Part shown: positions 1 to 12,577 of the stretch, piece after piece
Numbering within the stretch: position 1 is the stretch's first letter
How the letters are laid out: every line of letters begins with the position of its first letter
NCBI GenBank assembly: GCA_001941075.1
Contig: MSHH01000006.1
Coordinates: forward strand, 20,062 to 84,061
Source: Oscillospiraceae bacterium Zagget6
GTDB lineage: Bacteria > Bacillota > Clostridia > Oscillospirales > Oscillospiraceae
Length of the DNA stretch: 64,000 nt
Direction of reading: 5' to 3'
Made by a program: the position numbers and the translations under genes
The notes under the pieces: generated by a model
The model's input: the letters and a program-made list of their open reading frames with translations, nothing else
Told to the model about the DNA's origin: nothing
Database searches by the model: none

Positions 1-1879
<1,879 letters not shown>

Positions 1880-1880
1880 A

Positions 1881-2029
1881 TTAGCTATTAGCTCTTAGCT
1901 GTTAGTTTTATAGTGCCGGTTTTTGGGCGGTTGCTCTTTCCTGATGGTATGCGATACCGTTTGTTTTGAGTACCCAGTGATTGGCCTGCAATGCCAGGCT
2001 AACGGCTAATGACTGACAGCTAACAGCTC
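1881..2029. repeat. Heptamer-armed inverted-repeat (MITE-like) element, copy 1
   Basis: Left arm (TTAGCTN)n, right arm (CTAAYRG)n; similar to 18752-18923 and 50366-50518. Confidence 0.7.
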
Positions 2030-2086
2030 AAAAAAGAGGGGGCAGGCGTTTTTCGTCTGCCCCTTTTCCGCAAAGAGGTGAACAAT

Positions 2087-2926
2087 ATGCCCAAAATCGT
2101 TTTTCTTGACATCGACGGCACCCTGGTGGACTACGAGAACCGCACGCCCCCCTCTGCGGTGCGGGCCATCCGCGCCGCCCGGAGCCGGGGTCACCGGGTC
2201 TACTTCTGCACCGGGCGCAGCCGGGCGGAGATTTACCCGGAGCTGTGGGACATCGGCGTGGACGGCATGATCGGCGGCAACGGCAGCTATGTAGAGGACG
2301 ACGGCCAGGTGCTGCTGCACCAGACCCTCTCCCTGGAACAGTGCCGCCATGTGGTGGACTGGCTCCACCAGCGGGGGCTGGAGTTCTATCTGGAGAGCAA
2401 CAGCGGTCTCTTTGGCAGCGAGCACTTCCGGGAGGCGGGCCAGCCCACCATTCAGGAGTACAGCAAGCGCAAGGAGGTCGCCAACGCCGGGAAGCTGACG
2501 GTGACGGACGTGTTTCCGGAGATGATCTTCGGCGGCGACCTGTACCGGGACGATGTGAACAAAATCAGCTTCATCCTCAGCAGCTATCAGGACCACCTGG
2601 ACTCCGTGGCGGAGTTCCCCGACCTGAAACCCGGCACCTGGGGCGGAAAGGGGGAGACCGCTCTCTTTGGCGACCTGGGGGTGAAGGACATCACCAAGGC
2701 CAACGCCATCGAGACGCTGCTCAGACACCTACACGCGGACATCGAGGACACCATTGCCTTTGGCGACGCCAAAGTGGACATTCCCATGCTGGAATACTGT
2801 CACATCGGCGTGGCGATGGGCAACGGCGGCCCGGAGATTTTACAAATGGCGGACTACGTCACCGCCAGCGTGGAGGAGGACGGGCTTTATAAGGCGTTCG
2901 TCCACCTGGGGTTGATTGAAGAATAA
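2087..2926 (+). CDS. Cof-type HAD-IIB hydrolase
   Basis: FLDIDGTL motif I, CTGR, AFGD and AMGN motifs. Confidence 0.9.
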   Translation: MPKIVFLDIDGTLVDYENRTPPSAVRAIRAARSRGHRVYFCTGRSRAEIYPELWDIGVDGMIGGNGSYVEDDGQVLLHQTLSLEQCRHVVDWLHQRGLEFYLESNSGLFGSEHFREAGQPTIQEYSKRKEVANAGKLTVTDVFPEMIFGGDLYRDDVNKISFILSSYQDHLDSVAEFPDLKPGTWGGKGETALFGDLGVKDITKANAIETLLRHLHADIEDTIAFGDAKVDIPMLEYCHIGVAMGNGGPEILQMADYVTASVEEDGLYKAFVHLGLIEE

Positions 2927-2929
2927 GTA

Positions 2930-2964
2930 CAAAACCACCGGAGGGTGTTCTTCCGGTGGTTTTT
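2930..2964. terminator. Bidirectional intrinsic terminator
   Basis: aaaaccaccgga...tccggtggtttt hairpin between convergent genes. Confidence 0.75.
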
Positions 2965-2968
2965 CGCG

Positions 2969-3148
2969 TCATTCCTGTCCCAGCCCGGCCACAAACGCTT
3001 TCATCTCTTTGGCGGAGCGGATGCTGTGGGTGCGTTCCAAAATCGCCCGCTGCCGGGCGGGGGACTGCCGCTCAAAATAGGCCATTGCGCCCGGATTGGC
3101 GCACAGCGCCATGCCGAAGCCCAGGGGAAGCTCTCTCATGGGGTCCAT
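2969..3148 (-). CDS. Small hypothetical protein (59 aa)
   Basis: MDPMRELPLGFGMAL...; RBS gaggtg; resembles a small protein family I recall from Clostridia. Confidence 0.65.
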   Translation of the reverse strand: MDPMRELPLGFGMALCANPGAMAYFERQSPARQRAILERTHSIRSAKEMKAFVAGLGQE

Positions 3149-3278
3149 TGCGTTCACCTCGGCGGTAGTTTGTCCAAAGCGGCCCGGAATCATGCGTCCG
3201 GGAACAAGCGAAATCGGACAAAACGCGCCTTTTCAGACTTTTTTCAAGGGTGAAAAAGCCGTTTGCGCCGACGACGAA

Positions 3279-3307
3279 TTGACAAGCCGAATGGAACCTG
3301 ATAAACT
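3279..3307 (+). promoter_or_regulatory. Sigma-A promoter of the flavinylation locus
   Basis: TTGACA (3279) - 17 bp - TAAACT (3302) with extended -10 TG. Confidence 0.75.
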
Positions 3308-3314
3308 GTGCATC

Positions 3315-3447
3315 GGTTAGCAACGGATAATTCTTTTTATCACGGGCTAACCACCATTTACGGGCAGAGGTTCGTCACAACTAACCCGTCACCGGAATTG
3401 CCGCGCCAGCGGCTTTTTTCCAGCGAAGGGGTTAGCGTTTTCTAACC
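3315..3447. promoter_or_regulatory. Four GGTTAG-N6-CTAACC operator-like palindromes (DtxR/MntR-like)
   Basis: Copies at 3315-3332, 3335-3352, 3369-3386 and 3430-3447 (last has perfect arms). Confidence 0.65.
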
Positions 3448-3483
3448 AAGTGCTGTCTGATTCTAATGAAAGGAAGTATCAAA

Positions 3484-6400
3484 ATGAAGAGAGTATGTTC
3501 CCTGTTCCTGTCTCTGGCGCTGTTGCTGAGCGTTGCCCAGCCTACAGCGCTGGCTGCCGAACTGGACGCCTCCGACGAGACGACAGCCGTCGCCGCCGCC
3601 GAAGTGGAAGAAGCTGCGGCTGAGGAAGAAGCCGAAGCAGATACCGAGGACGAACAGGAAGCGGAAGCCTCTGAGGAAACGGAGGAGGCAGAAGCCGAAG
3701 CCGAGGCAGTCCAAGAGGAGGCTCAGGAGGAATCTCCTGCCGCTGAGGACGAGGGCGAAGCCACCGTCTCCGCCGCCTATGTAGATGACGACAGCGGTTC
3801 CCTGACCCTGGAGCTGTCCGAGGGCACCCCCGCCGACGGCACTTATACCGGCACCGCCACCGTGGAGCCGGATGAGTACGAGGACTTCGACGCCTATGAG
3901 GTGCAGATCGCCTTTACCTTCGCGGATGGCGCGCTGACCGGCGCAGAGCTGGTCTCCACCGTGGATGAGGACAACGAGTCTTACTTTAACCGGGCATTCA
4001 GCACGGGCAGAGGCAAGGTTTCCAGCATCGTCGAGCAGTTGAAGGGCAGCACGACCACAGTCGATGTGGTTTCTAACGCCACCTGCTCCTCCAAGGGCAT
4101 TGTGGCGGCCTATGAGGACGCTTACGCCCAGGCTGTCGCGGCCAACACCAGCAGCGAAACGGAAACCGAGTATGTCTATGTTTCCATGAACGTCCCCTAT
4201 GCGGACTTTTACGCCGAGCTGAACGACAGCGGCGACGTGGACACCGTCACCTCCGCCACCACCAGCAAAGCGGCCAACTGCAAGAACGTCTATATGACTG
4301 TGGATTCTGACGCGGGTACTACCTCCATTTATGGCGTGGTGGTTCCGGTCAAGATGAGCGCTGCGACCTATGAGGCCGTTGCGGGCCTGGTCACGGATTC
4401 CGCCGCCGCCTACTATGTGGGCGAAGCCGTGGAAGACCCCGCCGTTTATCTGGAACTGAGCTATGCGGACGGCGCCTACACCTTCTCTGACATTCAGGGG
4501 ACAGCGACCACTACCACTGTTAGCGACACCACCCTTTCCACCGCTTCTGTCTGGGGCGACTATGAGTTGGATCTTGACGCCGACTATGGCATCGCCACCA
4601 CCGAGGTCTACGGCGCGTATTTCACCACTACGGATGGCGCGCAGTATGCCATGAAGCAGAGCGAGAACCTGTGGACCCCCAGCAAGTACTACGAGGCCGC
4701 CTGGGATACCATCGACACCGATTACTATTCCAGTATGGAAGGCAAGACCATCGAGAGCGTTACCTTCATCACCACCTCCGGCCTTGTGGTGTACACGCTG
4801 GATGAGGCGCTGTATGTGCAGGAGCATATGAGCAGCGTTCCTACAGCAGAATTCACCAGCGGCACCACCCTCACCATTACCGGCGTGGCGGAGGACGCGG
4901 AGAACGTCACCGTCACCGTGAAATCCTCCGGCAGAAACGGCACCTACCTGACCGATGAAGCGGTCAGCGTGGTGGACGGCGTGGCCACCCTGGACACCGC
5001 CGCCACCGACGGCACCACCTATCAGGTGACCGTTTCCAGCGACAACTATGCCAGCAACATCGTCACCGCGACCTATGTCGCGCAGGACTATTACGTCCTG
5101 ATGAACATCCCCTATGACGAGTTCTATGCGGCTGACGTGAACAACGACGTGGCCGTGGACGCCTTCACTTCCGCCACCAAAGCCAAGACCCAGACTTGGA
5201 GCCTCTCCGGTGGTTCCTATCACGTCAGCGAGGACGGCAGCGACATCACCGGCGTCACCTTCCCCGTGAAGGTTCCCGAAGGAACTGACCTGTCCGCCTA
5301 CACCCAGATCACCGATGACGACAGCCTGGAGATCACCGTGACCAACCGCGGCACCACCTCCACCACCACCTACACCGGCTCTCAGGCCCTGTATCAGGCG
5401 GACAGCTACTCCTACTACGTGCTGAGCAGCGAACCCTCCTATTATAAGGAACTGACCGTCAATGAGGACGGCTCCTTCTCCTTCGGCGCTGTGGTGGGCG
5501 AGAGCACCGCCGTCACCGGCAGCGCGGAGCTGACCACCGACACCACTTATGGCGACTACCAGCTGACCGTGGACGGCATCACCGACTATGTGACCGCCGG
5601 GACTGATGACGTGTACGGCGTGGTCCTCCACACCGAGGAGGGCAGCGACTACGGCCTGCGCCACCTGGAGAACATCTGGCGGGTCAGCGAGCTGGCGTTC
5701 TGCACCGGCTTCACCACCGCCGTCCACAACTGCCCCACCTCCTCCGCCCACTATGAGGCCATCATGGGCCAGACTATCACCGGCATCACCTATTACACCA
5801 GCGCGGGCATCTATGAGGTTGCCCTCAGCGAGAGCGTGTATGTTCCTACCAAGTCGGATGTCTCCGTCACCGTGGAGGACGCCTATGTGCTGGACGGCCA
5901 GACCACCTTCACCGTGGACGGCACCTTGGCTGAGGACTTTGACGCCGCGTACAGCGTGGACATTGAGGGCGCTGTGATCGACGCCGAGAACGGCACCATC
6001 ACCTTTGCCACCGACACCGACCTGGACAGCTACACCCTGACCATCACCGACCAGAGCGGCAAATACGCCGACCTCACCGCCAGCTTCTCCCTGTACAACT
6101 ATTACTACATGAACGTGCCTTACAGCGTGTTCTACAGTGAGCTGAACGACGACGGCGATGTGGATGTGGTCACCTCTGCCACCACCAGCAAGGCCGCCAA
6201 CTGCAAGAACGTCTACATGACCGTGGATTCTGAAGCTGGCACCACCACCATCTACGGCGTAGTCCTTCCCGTGAAGGTCTCCGGCTCCGGCTATGCCAGT
6301 GTGAAAGACCTGGTTACCGATTCTGCCGCCGACTACTACGTGGGCGACGCGCTGGAGAGCGCTCCCACCGTGTATCTGGAGCTGACCTACAGCAGCCGCA

Positions 6401-8187
6401 CCGGTTACAGCTTCTCCTCCATCCAGTCCACCGCTGAGGCCACTACCGCCACCGTGGACGCCACCCTCTCCAGCAGTTCCGTTTGGGGCGACTATGAGCT
6501 GGATCTGGATTCCGATTACGGCGTCGCCACCACCGAGGTCTACGGCGCGTATTTCACCACTACGGATGGCGCCCAGTACGCCATGAAGCAGAGCGAGAAC
6601 CTGTGGACCCCCAGCAAGTATTATGAGGCCGCCTGGGACACCATCGGCAACGAATACTATGCCAGCATGGAAGGCAAGACCATTACCGGCGTGACCTTCA
6701 TCACCACCTCCGGCATCGTGGAGTACACTCTGTCTGAGGCCCTGTATGTGACGCCTCACATGGCAACCACCCCCGCCGCAGAATTCACCAGCGGCACCAC
6801 CCTCGCCATTACCGGCGTGGCGGAGGACGCGGAGAACGTCACCGTCACCGTGAAAGCCTCCGGCAGGAACGGCGCGTACCTGACTGATGAAGCGGTCAGC
6901 CTGGTGGACGGCGTAGCCACTCTGGATGCCGCTGCCACCGACGGCACCACCTATCAGGTGACTGTCTCCAGCGACAACTACGCCAGCAACATCGTCACTG
7001 CCACCTACAGCGTGGACACTGCTTCTCTGACCGCTGCCATTGAGCAGGCCCAGGCCCTGACCGAGGGCGATTACACCGCCGACAGCTGGACGGCCATGCA
7101 GACCGTTCTGGCGGACGCCACTGCCCTGGCCGAAGCCACCACCGGCAAGACCCAGGACGAGGTGGACGAAATTACTGCCGCCCTGACTGCCGCCGTTGAC
7201 GCGCTGGTGGACATCACCGCCTTGACTGCCGCCATTGAGCAGGCCCAGGGTCTGACCGAGAGCGATTACACCGCTGACAGCTGGGCTGACCTGCAAACCG
7301 CACTGACCGCCGCGCAGACCGTGGCCGCCAATGCCGCTGCCACCCAGACCGAGGTGGACAAGGCTGCCGCTGCCCTGACCGCCGCGATTGATGCGCTGGA
7401 GGTCCCGGTGGACACTTCCGCCCTGACTGCTGCCATCAAGACTGCCCAGGGTCTGACCGAGAGCGATTACACCGCCGAGAGCTGGGCTGACTTGCAGACC
7501 GCGCTGACCGCCGCGCAGACCGTGGCCGCCAACGCCTCCGCCACCCAGAATGAGGTGGACGCGGCTGCCGCCGCCCTGACCGCCGCCATCTCCGCGCTGG
7601 AAAAGGCCGACACGACTGAGAAAGTCACCGCGCCCGCCGCCACCAAGATCACCTCCGCCATCAACCGGGCCAAGGGCATCAAGCTCACCTGGAAGGCCGT
7701 GGACGGCGCGACCAGCTACCAGGTCTACCGCAAAATCGGTAGCGGCAGCTGGAAGAAGGTAAAGACCACTTCCTCCACTACCTGGCTGGACACCGCCGCC
7801 ATGAAGAACGGCACCAAGTACCAGTACAAGGTCTACGCGGTGAACGAGGGCGGCAAGAGCAAGGCTTCCGCCACCAAGACCATCTACCGCCTGACCGCTA
7901 AGCACTTCACCCGCGCCAAGAACGTCAGCGGCAAGAAGATCAGCCTCAAGTGGACCCGGAACACCAGAGCCACCGGCTATGTGATCCAGTATTCCACCAG
8001 CAAGAGCTTCACCAGCTCCACCACCAAGACCGTCAAGGTCAAGGGCAACAAGAACCTGACCACTACCCTGAAGAATTTGAAGAAGGGCAAGACCTACTAC
8101 ATCCGTATGCGGGCCTACAAGACCTCTGGCAGCGTGACCTCTTACGCTGGCTGGAGCAAGGTCAAGACCGTTAAGGTCAAGAAGTAA
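3484..8187 (+). CDS. Large secreted surface protein: FMN-binding domain + 3 Tp47-like modules + 3 FIVAR repeats + 2 FN3-like domains
   Basis: Signal peptide; DGTYTG...DVVSNAT FMN-binding fold; three YxxMN[VI]PY...DxxTSAT...[YW]GDY modules; ALTAAI...DYTADSW repeats; basic C-terminal FN3-like domains. Confidence 0.8.
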   Translation: MKRVCSLFLSLALLLSVAQPTALAAELDASDETTAVAAAEVEEAAAEEEAEADTEDEQEAEASEETEEAEAEAEAVQEEAQEESPAAEDEGEATVSAAYVDDDSGSLTLELSEGTPADGTYTGTATVEPDEYEDFDAYEVQIAFTFADGALTGAELVSTVDEDNESYFNRAFSTGRGKVSSIVEQLKGSTTTVDVVSNATCSSKGIVAAYEDAYAQAVAANTSSETETEYVYVSMNVPYADFYAELNDSGDVDTVTSATTSKAANCKNVYMTVDSDAGTTSIYGVVVPVKMSAATYEAVAGLVTDSAAAYYVGEAVEDPAVYLELSYADGAYTFSDIQGTATTTTVSDTTLSTASVWGDYELDLDADYGIATTEVYGAYFTTTDGAQYAMKQSENLWTPSKYYEAAWDTIDTDYYSSMEGKTIESVTFITTSGLVVYTLDEALYVQEHMSSVPTAEFTSGTTLTITGVAEDAENVTVTVKSSGRNGTYLTDEAVSVVDGVATLDTAATDGTTYQVTVSSDNYASNIVTATYVAQDYYVLMNIPYDEFYAADVNNDVAVDAFTSATKAKTQTWSLSGGSYHVSEDGSDITGVTFPVKVPEGTDLSAYTQITDDDSLEITVTNRGTTSTTTYTGSQALYQADSYSYYVLSSEPSYYKELTVNEDGSFSFGAVVGESTAVTGSAELTTDTTYGDYQLTVDGITDYVTAGTDDVYGVVLHTEEGSDYGLRHLENIWRVSELAFCTGFTTAVHNCPTSSAHYEAIMGQTITGITYYTSAGIYEVALSESVYVPTKSDVSVTVEDAYVLDGQTTFTVDGTLAEDFDAAYSVDIEGAVIDAENGTITFATDTDLDSYTLTITDQSGKYADLTASFSLYNYYYMNVPYSVFYSELNDDGDVDVVTSATTSKAANCKNVYMTVDSEAGTTTIYGVVLPVKVSGSGYASVKDLVTDSAADYYVGDALESAPTVYLELTYSSRTGYSFSSIQSTAEATTATVDATLSSSSVWGDYELDLDSDYGVATTEVYGAYFTTTDGAQYAMKQSENLWTPSKYYEAAWDTIGNEYYASMEGKTITGVTFITTSGIVEYTLSEALYVTPHMATTPAAEFTSGTTLAITGVAEDAENVTVTVKASGRNGAYLTDEAVSLVDGVATLDAAATDGTTYQVTVSSDNYASNIVTATYSVDTASLTAAIEQAQALTEGDYTADSWTAMQTVLADATALAEATTGKTQDEVDEITAALTAAVDALVDITALTAAIEQAQGLTESDYTADSWADLQTALTAAQTVAANAAATQTEVDKAAAALTAAIDALEVPVDTSALTAAIKTAQGLTESDYTAESWADLQTALTAAQTVAANASATQNEVDAAAAALTAAISALEKADTTEKVTAPAATKITSAINRAKGIKLTWKAVDGATSYQVYRKIGSGSWKKVKTTSSTTWLDTAAMKNGTKYQYKVYAVNEGGKSKASATKTIYRLTAKHFTRAKNVSGKKISLKWTRNTRATGYVIQYSTSKSFTSSTTKTVKVKGNKNLTTTLKNLKKGKTYYIRMRAYKTSGSVTSYAGWSKVKTVKVKK

Positions 8188-8220
8188 GCCACAATTATTT
8201 GCACCAACCAAACAACCACA

Positions 8221-8245
8221 GGCAGGGGCTTCGGCCCCTGCCTTG
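8221..8245 (+). terminator. GC hairpin between surface-protein gene and apbE (weak terminator or mRNA stabiliser)
   Basis: ggcagggg-cttcgg-cccctgcc with poor U tail. Confidence 0.5.
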
Positions 8246-8290
8246 ACGTGCGATGTTAGCTTTTAGCTCCCATAGAAAGGAAGATCCCGA

Positions 8291-9394
8291 TTGACAAGGC
8301 AAATCGGCTGCCTGCTGTTGGCGGCGGCGTTGTGCGCCCTGACCGGCTGCGGCAGCGCGGCGGAAGCAGCCTCTGACGGTGCGACCAGTCAGACAGCGTC
8401 CAGCGCCGTCCAGACCGTCCAGGAGACGGAGGAAATTCCCAGCAGCACCCAGCAGGTGTTCGCCATGGACACCTATATGACCGTCACCGCCTACGGCGAC
8501 CAGGCAGCGGCAGCGGTGTCCGCCGCAGTGGAGGAGATCCAGCGGCTGGACGCCCTGTGGAGCGTGGGAGAGAGTGACAGCGAAATTTCCATTCTCAATG
8601 ACAGCGGCTCCATTCTCCTCTCCGAGGAAACTGCGGAGCTGGTGGAACGCTCCCTGACCCTTTATGAGGAGACGGAGGGGGCCTTTGACATCACCATCTA
8701 TCCCCTGATGGTAGAGTGGGGCTTCACCTCCGGGGAGTATCAGGTGCCCACCCAGGAGCGCATCGACGAGCTGCTGGAGCTGGTGGGCAGCGACAAGCTG
8801 GAGTACGACGCCGAGACCTGCCAGCTGACCCTCCCGGAGGGTATGGCAATCGACCTGGGCGGTATCGCCAAGGGCTACGTCTCCAGCCACATCATGGACG
8901 TGTTCGAGGAATACGGCGTGGTGTCCGGCATGGTGTCCCTGGGGGGCAATGTGCAGACCTACCGCACCAAGACCGACGGCAGTCTCTGGCGGGTGGGCAT
9001 CGAGAACCCGGACGCCACCGTGGAGGCCCTATCCGGCGTGGACTACGTAGGCGTCCTCAGCGTGGAGGACAAGGCGGTCATCACCTCCGGCGGCTACGAG
9101 CGCTATTTTGAGGAGGACGGCGTCACCTATCACCACATCCTCGACCCATCTACCGGCAGCAGCGCCCGTAGCGGCCTGCTCTCCGTCACCATCGTCAGCG
9201 AGGACGGCACTCTGGCCGACGGCCTGTCTACCTCCCTGTTCGTCATGGGCAAGGAACGCGCCCTGGAATATTGGGCGGCGCACAGCGATGAATTTGACGC
9301 GGTTCTGGTGGAGGAGGACGGCTCCGTCACCATCACCGGCGGCCTGAAAGATTGCTTCGAGTCCGATTTGGAGTATACCTGTGTGGAAAACTGA
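8291..9394 (+). CDS. apbE: FAD:protein FMN transferase, lipoprotein
   Basis: Lipobox LTGC; AMDT, DLGGIAKG, TSGGYER, HHILDP, ADGLST motifs. Confidence 0.95.
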   Translation: MTRQIGCLLLAAALCALTGCGSAAEAASDGATSQTASSAVQTVQETEEIPSSTQQVFAMDTYMTVTAYGDQAAAAVSAAVEEIQRLDALWSVGESDSEISILNDSGSILLSEETAELVERSLTLYEETEGAFDITIYPLMVEWGFTSGEYQVPTQERIDELLELVGSDKLEYDAETCQLTLPEGMAIDLGGIAKGYVSSHIMDVFEEYGVVSGMVSLGGNVQTYRTKTDGSLWRVGIENPDATVEALSGVDYVGVLSVEDKAVITSGGYERYFEEDGVTYHHILDPSTGSSARSGLLSVTIVSEDGTLADGLSTSLFVMGKERALEYWAAHSDEFDAVLVEEDGSVTITGGLKDCFESDLEYTCVEN

Positions 9395-9404
9395 GGGAAA
9401 CGCA

Positions 9405-12113
9405 ATGAAAAAGATATTGAGTTTGGTTCAGTTGCTCCCCGCCGTGGCGGTGGGGCTGGCAGCGGCCATTGGATTTCAGCTCAGCGCCCCGGCGCTGGAG
9501 GCCATCGTCTGGCCGGAGGAACCGGATCTCTCCGCTGTGGCGGAGGACGGCGAAACGCTGAGTGAGCAGGAGACCGAGGCTGTTGTGGAGGAGCTGCTGG
9601 CCCAAGGGGTCGGCGACTTCGAGGACGGCGTGTATTACGGCTCCGGCACCGGATTTTCCGGCATCACTCAGGTGGAGGTGGTGGTGGAGAACCGCCAAAT
9701 CGTCCAAATCAACATTTTGAGCTATCAGGACGACGACAGCTTTTTCAACCGGGCCAAAGGGGTCATTGATTCCGTGCTGACCGCCCAGACCTGGGAGGTG
9801 GACACGGTCTCCGGGGCCACCTATTCCAGCCGGGGGATTCTGGAGGCGGTAAAAAACGCCCTGAACGGCACCAACGAGCTGTCCGAAGCGGCGGACACTG
9901 ACACCACAGCTGCGGAACTTACCGTCAGCAGTTATGACGACAGCGCGACCTGGGCGGACGGCACCTACACCGGCTCTGCCAGGGGCTTCGGTGGGATCAT
10001 CAAGGTGCAGGTCACCATCAAGGACGGCAAAATCACCGCCATTCAGGTGTTGAGCCATTCCGGGGAGACCGCGTCCTATTTCAGCAAGGCCAAGGCCATC
10101 ATCAGCCGCATCCTCAAGGCCCAAAGCCCCAACGTGGACACGGTCAGCGGGGCTACCTATTCCTCCACGGGTATCCGGGAGGCGGTGAAGGCCGCCCTGA
10201 AAAAGGCGGCAGGGCAGTCGGTCTCCGCCCTTGCAGAGGATGAGGAGAACGACCAGACAGAGACCGAAACCAACCAGGAGATCACCTTGCTGGAGGGCGC
10301 GCCCGCCGACGGCAGTTACACCGGAACTGGGGAATGTACAAAGTTCGGCTACAGCGTCACTCTGACCGCCGTGTTTCAAAACGGCGTATTGACCGCCCTG
10401 GAGGACTTTACCCTGGTGGACAACGACGATGAGGACAACGAACCCTTTGCGGCCTCCGCCTGGACGGGGATGAAAACCAACTTGCTCTCCGGCAGCACCG
10501 ACGTGGTCTCCGGGGCCACCTATTCCTCCAATGCGATTTTGGCGGCCTATCAGGACGCCTATGCTCAGGCGGTGGTCGCAGGCGGCGGCACAGTGGAAAC
10601 GCCGGATGATGATTCCGATGAAACCGAAAACAGCGGCGAGGACGAAACACAGGACGAGACCAAGGACAACTCCGGCACCCAAGACGAGGAACAGAGCGGG
10701 GACGTGTTGCCTGCCGATGGCACCTATACCGCCAGCGCCCTGTGCGAGCCGGACGAGTACGAGGACTTTGAAGCCTATACCCTGACCGCAGACGTGACCT
10801 TCGAGGACGGCAAACTGGTGTCCATCGACAACCTGACCTCCACCGATGACAGCAACGTAAAATACTACACCCGCGCCGCCGAGGGTACCAGCAAGTGTAC
10901 CGGCGTGGTGGCCCAACTCATTGACAAGCAGGGCAGCGCGGACATTGACGCGGTGACAAATGCCACCTGTTCCTCTGTGGCGCTGGTAGCCATCTATGAG
11001 GACGCATACGCCCAGGCGGTGGCCGCCGCCCAGACGGAGGACGAGGGCGACAGCGATTCCAGCGAAACCGATGATTCTGCCAGCAGCGATTTGACCGGCA
11101 CCCCTGCCGACGGCACCTATACCGCCAGCGCCCTGTGCGAGCCGGACGAGTACGAGGACTTTGAAGCCTATACCCTGACGGCAGACGTGACCTTCGAGGA
11201 CGGCAAACTGGTGTCCATCGACAACCTGACCTCCACCGATGACAGCAACGTAAAATACTACACCCGCGCCGCCGAGGGGACCAGCAAGTATACCGGCGTG
11301 GTGGCCCAGCTCATTGACAAGCAGGGCAGCGCGGACATCGACGCGGTGAGCAACGCCACCTGTTCCTCTGTGGCGCTGGTGGCCATCTATGAGGACGCAT
11401 ACGCCCAGGCGGTGGCCGCCGCCCAGACGGAGGACGAGGGCGACAGCGATTCCAGCGAAACCGATGATTCTGCCAGCAGCGATTTGACCGGCACCCCTGC
11501 CGACGGCACCTATACCGCCAGCGCCCTGTGTGAGCCGGACGAGTACGAGGACTTTGAAGCCTATACCCTGACGGCAGACGTGACCTTTGAGGACGGCAAA
11601 CTGGTGTCCATCGACAACCTGACCTCCACCGACGACAGCAACGTAAAATACTACACCCGCGCCGCCGAGGGGACCAGCAAGTATACCGGCGTGGTGGCCC
11701 AACTCATTGACAAGCAGGGCAGCGCGGACATCGACGTGGTGAGCAACGCTACCTGCTCCTCTGTGGCGCTGGTGGCCATCTATGAGGACGCATACGCCCA
11801 GGCGGTGGCCGCGAACAGCCAGGTGACCGCGACAGCGGTTGACACAGACGAGGAAACCGAGACGGAAGAAGCGGAGCCGGAGGAAACCACGGAGGAAGAG
11901 ACCGCCGAAGAAACCTCCACCGAGGAAGCCGAAGCCATAGAAGCGGAAGAGGTCAGCGAATCCACAGATAACCAGGAACAAGAGGCCCCCGCCGAACAGG
12001 AGGCGGAGGAATCTGCTGCCGAACCTGCCGCCGAAGAGGAACCGACAGCGGAGGATGACGCGGCAGCCGAAGAAACATCCCCGCAGAGCGAGAAGGAGGA
12101 CGCAGAGGAATGA
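9405..12113 (+). CDS. Multi-FMN-binding protein (six FMN-binding domains), N-terminally anchored
   Basis: Three DxVSGATYSS and three DxV[ST]NATCSS motifs, each closing a DGxYxG/DGTYTA-started domain; acidic tail. Confidence 0.88.
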   Translation: MKKILSLVQLLPAVAVGLAAAIGFQLSAPALEAIVWPEEPDLSAVAEDGETLSEQETEAVVEELLAQGVGDFEDGVYYGSGTGFSGITQVEVVVENRQIVQINILSYQDDDSFFNRAKGVIDSVLTAQTWEVDTVSGATYSSRGILEAVKNALNGTNELSEAADTDTTAAELTVSSYDDSATWADGTYTGSARGFGGIIKVQVTIKDGKITAIQVLSHSGETASYFSKAKAIISRILKAQSPNVDTVSGATYSSTGIREAVKAALKKAAGQSVSALAEDEENDQTETETNQEITLLEGAPADGSYTGTGECTKFGYSVTLTAVFQNGVLTALEDFTLVDNDDEDNEPFAASAWTGMKTNLLSGSTDVVSGATYSSNAILAAYQDAYAQAVVAGGGTVETPDDDSDETENSGEDETQDETKDNSGTQDEEQSGDVLPADGTYTASALCEPDEYEDFEAYTLTADVTFEDGKLVSIDNLTSTDDSNVKYYTRAAEGTSKCTGVVAQLIDKQGSADIDAVTNATCSSVALVAIYEDAYAQAVAAAQTEDEGDSDSSETDDSASSDLTGTPADGTYTASALCEPDEYEDFEAYTLTADVTFEDGKLVSIDNLTSTDDSNVKYYTRAAEGTSKYTGVVAQLIDKQGSADIDAVSNATCSSVALVAIYEDAYAQAVAAAQTEDEGDSDSSETDDSASSDLTGTPADGTYTASALCEPDEYEDFEAYTLTADVTFEDGKLVSIDNLTSTDDSNVKYYTRAAEGTSKYTGVVAQLIDKQGSADIDVVSNATCSSVALVAIYEDAYAQAVAANSQVTATAVDTDEETETEEAEPEETTEEETAEETSTEEAEAIEAEEVSESTDNQEQEAPAEQEAEESAAEPAAEEEPTAEDDAAAEETSPQSEKEDAEE
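10710..11812 (+). repeat. Near-identical intragenic 393-bp tandem repeat (~2.8 units)
   Basis: Units start at 10710, 11103 and 11496 (131 aa period). Confidence 0.95.
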
Positions 12114-12577
12114 GACAGTTTATCCTTCGGGCGGTCAATTTGGCGCTGATCCTTGCCATTGGGGTATGCTACCAGCAGTACGCCCTGCCCCGTGCGGCAG
12201 AGGTGGAGGAGTACAACCAGCAGGCAGCTCAGGCTGAGGCCCTGGCGGAGGAGTACGCCGCGATGGAGGCGGCGGCGCTGAACCAGGCCGCTGAGGAGGC
12301 GGAGAGCGGGTATCAGGACGGTACTTACACCGGCGTCGGCACCGGCTTCGGCGGGGAAATCACCCTGAGCGTCACCATCGAGGGCGGCGAAATCACCGAG
12401 GTGGAAATCGTCTCCGCCCCCGGCGAGGATTCTTCCTATCTCTCCCAGGCGGAGACGTTGCTGGACAGCATCGTCACCGCTCAGTCCGCCGAACTGGACA
12501 CGGTCAGCGGGGCCACCTTCTCGTCCACGGGTATCCTGGAGGCGGCGCGAAACGCGCTGGAGGAGGCGTCCCAATGA
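12110..12577 (+). CDS. Single FMN-binding domain protein with N-terminal membrane anchor
   Basis: YQDGTYTGVGTGFGG...DTVSGATFSS; start overlaps upstream stop. Confidence 0.9.
   Translation: MRQFILRAVNLALILAIGVCYQQYALPRAAEVEEYNQQAAQAEALAEEYAAMEAAALNQAAEEAESGYQDGTYTGVGTGFGGEITLSVTIEGGEITEVEIVSAPGEDSSYLSQAETLLDSIVTAQSAELDTVSGATFSSTGILEAARNALEEASQ

Noticed and set aside
3463-8211. 1582-aa minus-strand ORF (and similar long antisense ORFs such as 9333-11981, 35430-37934, 30503-32848)
   Set aside because: Shadow frames of GC-rich, codon-biased genes on the opposite strand; no recognisable motifs
10710-11812. Tandem repeats as a possible CRISPR array
   Set aside because: 393-bp in-frame coding units with no unique spacers; no cas genes or repeat-spacer pattern seen anywhere in the window
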